Of a stretch of DNA of 64,000 nt, positions 62,143 through 64,000 are shown piece by piece. Source of the DNA: a virus (Duplodnaviria; Caudoviricetes); the IMG/VR virus record IMGVR_UViG_3300047159_000046. One strand, written 5' to 3'. Position numbers and translations under genes: made by a program. The notes beneath the pieces were generated by a model, which was not told where the DNA came from, did not search any database, and worked only from the letters and a program-made list of their open reading frames with translations. How positions within the stretch are numbered: position 1 is the stretch's first letter; each line of letters opens with the position of its first letter.

Positions 62143-63177
62143 TTATTTTATCTTTCTTATCAAAATACGAGTATAGATAGGATGAATATAACCATCTCTA
62201 TTTGATGCTGTATAATATATTTGATTTACAGGCTTTTCCTTATTCAAGAAACATGGTTCTGTATTTATTTTACTGCCATTAATAATAGATCCGTCTATAT
62301 TATGACATAATGCTTGTTCATATTTAAATGTTGGACCTATTCCAAATTCAAAACGACCACTTGTTTGACCCAATATCTCAAACTGTTTTGGATTATATTT
62401 GTCAAGAAATGAAATCGGCACACCAATCACTCCGTCATAATCCTCTGGAATATCACATAGTTTATCCACATTAATGGCATCATAATTGTCGTACTTTGGA
62501 TATGCTTCTGGAGTGTACTTTCTGAACAATATAAGCTCCTCATTGTGTTTGGAAATAGGGAATGTCGTATACCAACAAATATTAACAGTCTTTTCTTCCC
62601 CATTGGGAATGATAAACGACTTTCCTCCATTTGTAAATCCCAATCCTATCTTATTGTTTTTGATATAAGGAAATACTTCTTTATATTTTAGAGCATTCAT
62701 GTTTCCTATAATTAAAAACTCTTTATTGTTATCCATAAGAACTTTGACATATTCTCTAAACAGCGAGAACGGAGGGTTTGTGACCACAATATCAGCCTGT
62801 TTCAACAGCTCTATACATTCCTCGCTTCTAAAGTCACCGTTCCCGTTGAGTTTCCTGACATCTTTCTCAATTTCCTTGCTGATATCAAGCGACTTCGGAT
62901 CCACTGTAGCGAAATCGGAATCCCAATAATACCCCCACCCATTACAAGTATCTGAATTATAGGCAGTTACAATAACACGTTTCAAATGTAGAATATTGAA
63001 CCGCATATAGAACCACTGAACGAAGTTTGATTTGACGGGATCATCGCAGTTACAATAAATAGTTTTTCCTACAAACATATCTTTGTAGTGCATCAACTCC
63101 TTTTCGATATCCGTGAGCTTTGTATAAAACTCATCGTTCTTGGCCTTGTTGGCTCTATTCAATTTTTGATTGTTCAT
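62143..63177 (-). CDS. EcoRI-family adenine-specific methyltransferase
   Basis: KNDEFYT, CNCDDP, NPPFSLFREY and YPKYDNYDAINV motifs. Confidence 0.92.
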   Translation of the reverse strand: MNNQKLNRANKAKNDEFYTKLTDIEKELMHYKDMFVGKTIYCNCDDPVKSNFVQWFYMRFNILHLKRVIVTAYNSDTCNGWGYYWDSDFATVDPKSLDISKEIEKDVRKLNGNGDFRSEECIELLKQADIVVTNPPFSLFREYVKVLMDNNKEFLIIGNMNALKYKEVFPYIKNNKIGLGFTNGGKSFIIPNGEEKTVNICWYTTFPISKHNEELILFRKYTPEAYPKYDNYDAINVDKLCDIPEDYDGVIGVPISFLDKYNPKQFEILGQTSGRFEFGIGPTFKYEQALCHNIDGSIINGSKINTEPCFLNKEKPVNQIYYTASNRDGYIHPIYTRILIRKIK

Positions 63178-63280
63178 TTTTTATTTGTTTTACAGCACAA
63201 AGATACAAACCAAAAGTCACAAAAGCAAAAAAAACAGACACATTTCTGCATCTGTTTAAGAATTATTAACAAAATTGGTT

Positions 63281-63634
63281 TTATCGTTTCATATCATTGT
63301 CAAATATTATTTCAATATTTGGACTTAAATCGGCACAATTAACAGGACCAATAAGCAAGTCTCCCTCGTATTTTCCGAGAAACTCACTCCACATCTCTGT
63401 TTCGTCTTTCTGATATTCAGGATTGTCTCTTCTGATGCTTTCGGGAGCCACCTCTACCACATGAAATTCAGTTGAGTGGTCATAGTAATATCTGATATGG
63501 ATATCTTTATATTTATTTGACCATTTATCAAGATATGATTTAATAAAAACAGCTTCTGTATCTTTCATTCTACCAATTTGTATTAGGGAAAACCACATTA
63601 TCGGGCCATAAATCTTTCTGTCCGTCTTTGTCAA
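63281..63634 (-). CDS. Hypothetical protein
   Basis: ORF; start uncertain (possibly MKDTEA). Confidence 0.5.
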   Translation of the reverse strand: MTKTDRKIYGPIMWFSLIQIGRMKDTEAVFIKSYLDKWSNKYKDIHIRYYYDHSTEFHVVEVAPESIRRDNPEYQKDETEMWSEFLGKYEGDLLIGPVNCADLSPNIEIIFDNDMKR

Positions 63635-64000
63635 TGCTGAAAATAAGACTATCGTTGTGTGTTATGGCTTCATGAAACAGGAGCTGATTTCCCAGTTCTA
63701 TTTCCTGACGGGCAGAACATGCAATTTGCAAAGCCACTCCTACACAAGAAAACATATTGCCGTAATTATTAAATAATTGCGTGGCAAAATCAACAGCCTT
63801 ACCATAATCCTTTAAAGACATCATTGGTTCATAGCTTCCCATTAATTGTTGAAGTTGCGCCTTGTTTTCATCTTTTGGAACCTTTTTTATTCCCACAACA
63901 GTTAAAGAACTCTCCGCACCATATTTAAATGATTCAAGTTTGGATACTTCATCATCAGTAAGAAGTCTGTATGAATAATCCTTATTAAAAAACTCGCTAT

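Noticed and set aside
1-64000. TAG-to-Gln recoding as in Lak-type phages
   Set aside because: Recognisable genes translate fully in code 11. The TAG at 55664 is explained by a frameshift, since the conserved motifs lie in another frame. Late structural genes, where recoding would show best, are not in this window.

Overview
This AT-rich 64-kb window reads as part of a large (jumbo-type) phage of a Bacteroidetes host, probably Bacteroidales/Prevotella-like. The host call rests on dozens of Bacteroidetes housekeeping-sigma promoters (TTTG-N19-21-TAnnTTTG), A-rich leaders without Shine-Dalgarno sequences, and a Q-rule signal peptide. No structural, rRNA, tRNA or CRISPR genes were seen. Positions 1-35.2 kb form a minus-strand early/host-takeover region. 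Its small genes mostly carry their own promoter and terminator and fall into several paralogue families. It also holds two DnaN (beta-clamp)-like genes, a cargo-less T9SS sorting-domain protein, two perfect parS palindromes, a 7-unit tandem promoter array, 12 co-oriented palindromic sites, and six copies of a promoter-driven structured ncRNA with a mini-ORF and compensatory base changes. At 35.2-37.7 kb the coding strand switches across an exact 34/34/54-bp repeat array followed by a strongly G/T-skewed zone, a candidate origin or packaging region. Positions 37.7-64 kb carry DNA methyltransferases (MT-A70, Dam-like, N4/N6, three EcoRI-family), a DUF262-HNH nuclease, an IS1595 fragment, and a 536-aa TnpB/Cas12f-like nuclease with a duplicated 3' RNA scaffold. 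They also carry late-type cassettes in which a conserved MRRIRLTEGQLH leader is fused to unrelated payloads. Many single-base frameshifts suggest assembly indels, so pseudogene calls are tentative. All protein calls come from motif recognition by eye; no database search was run.
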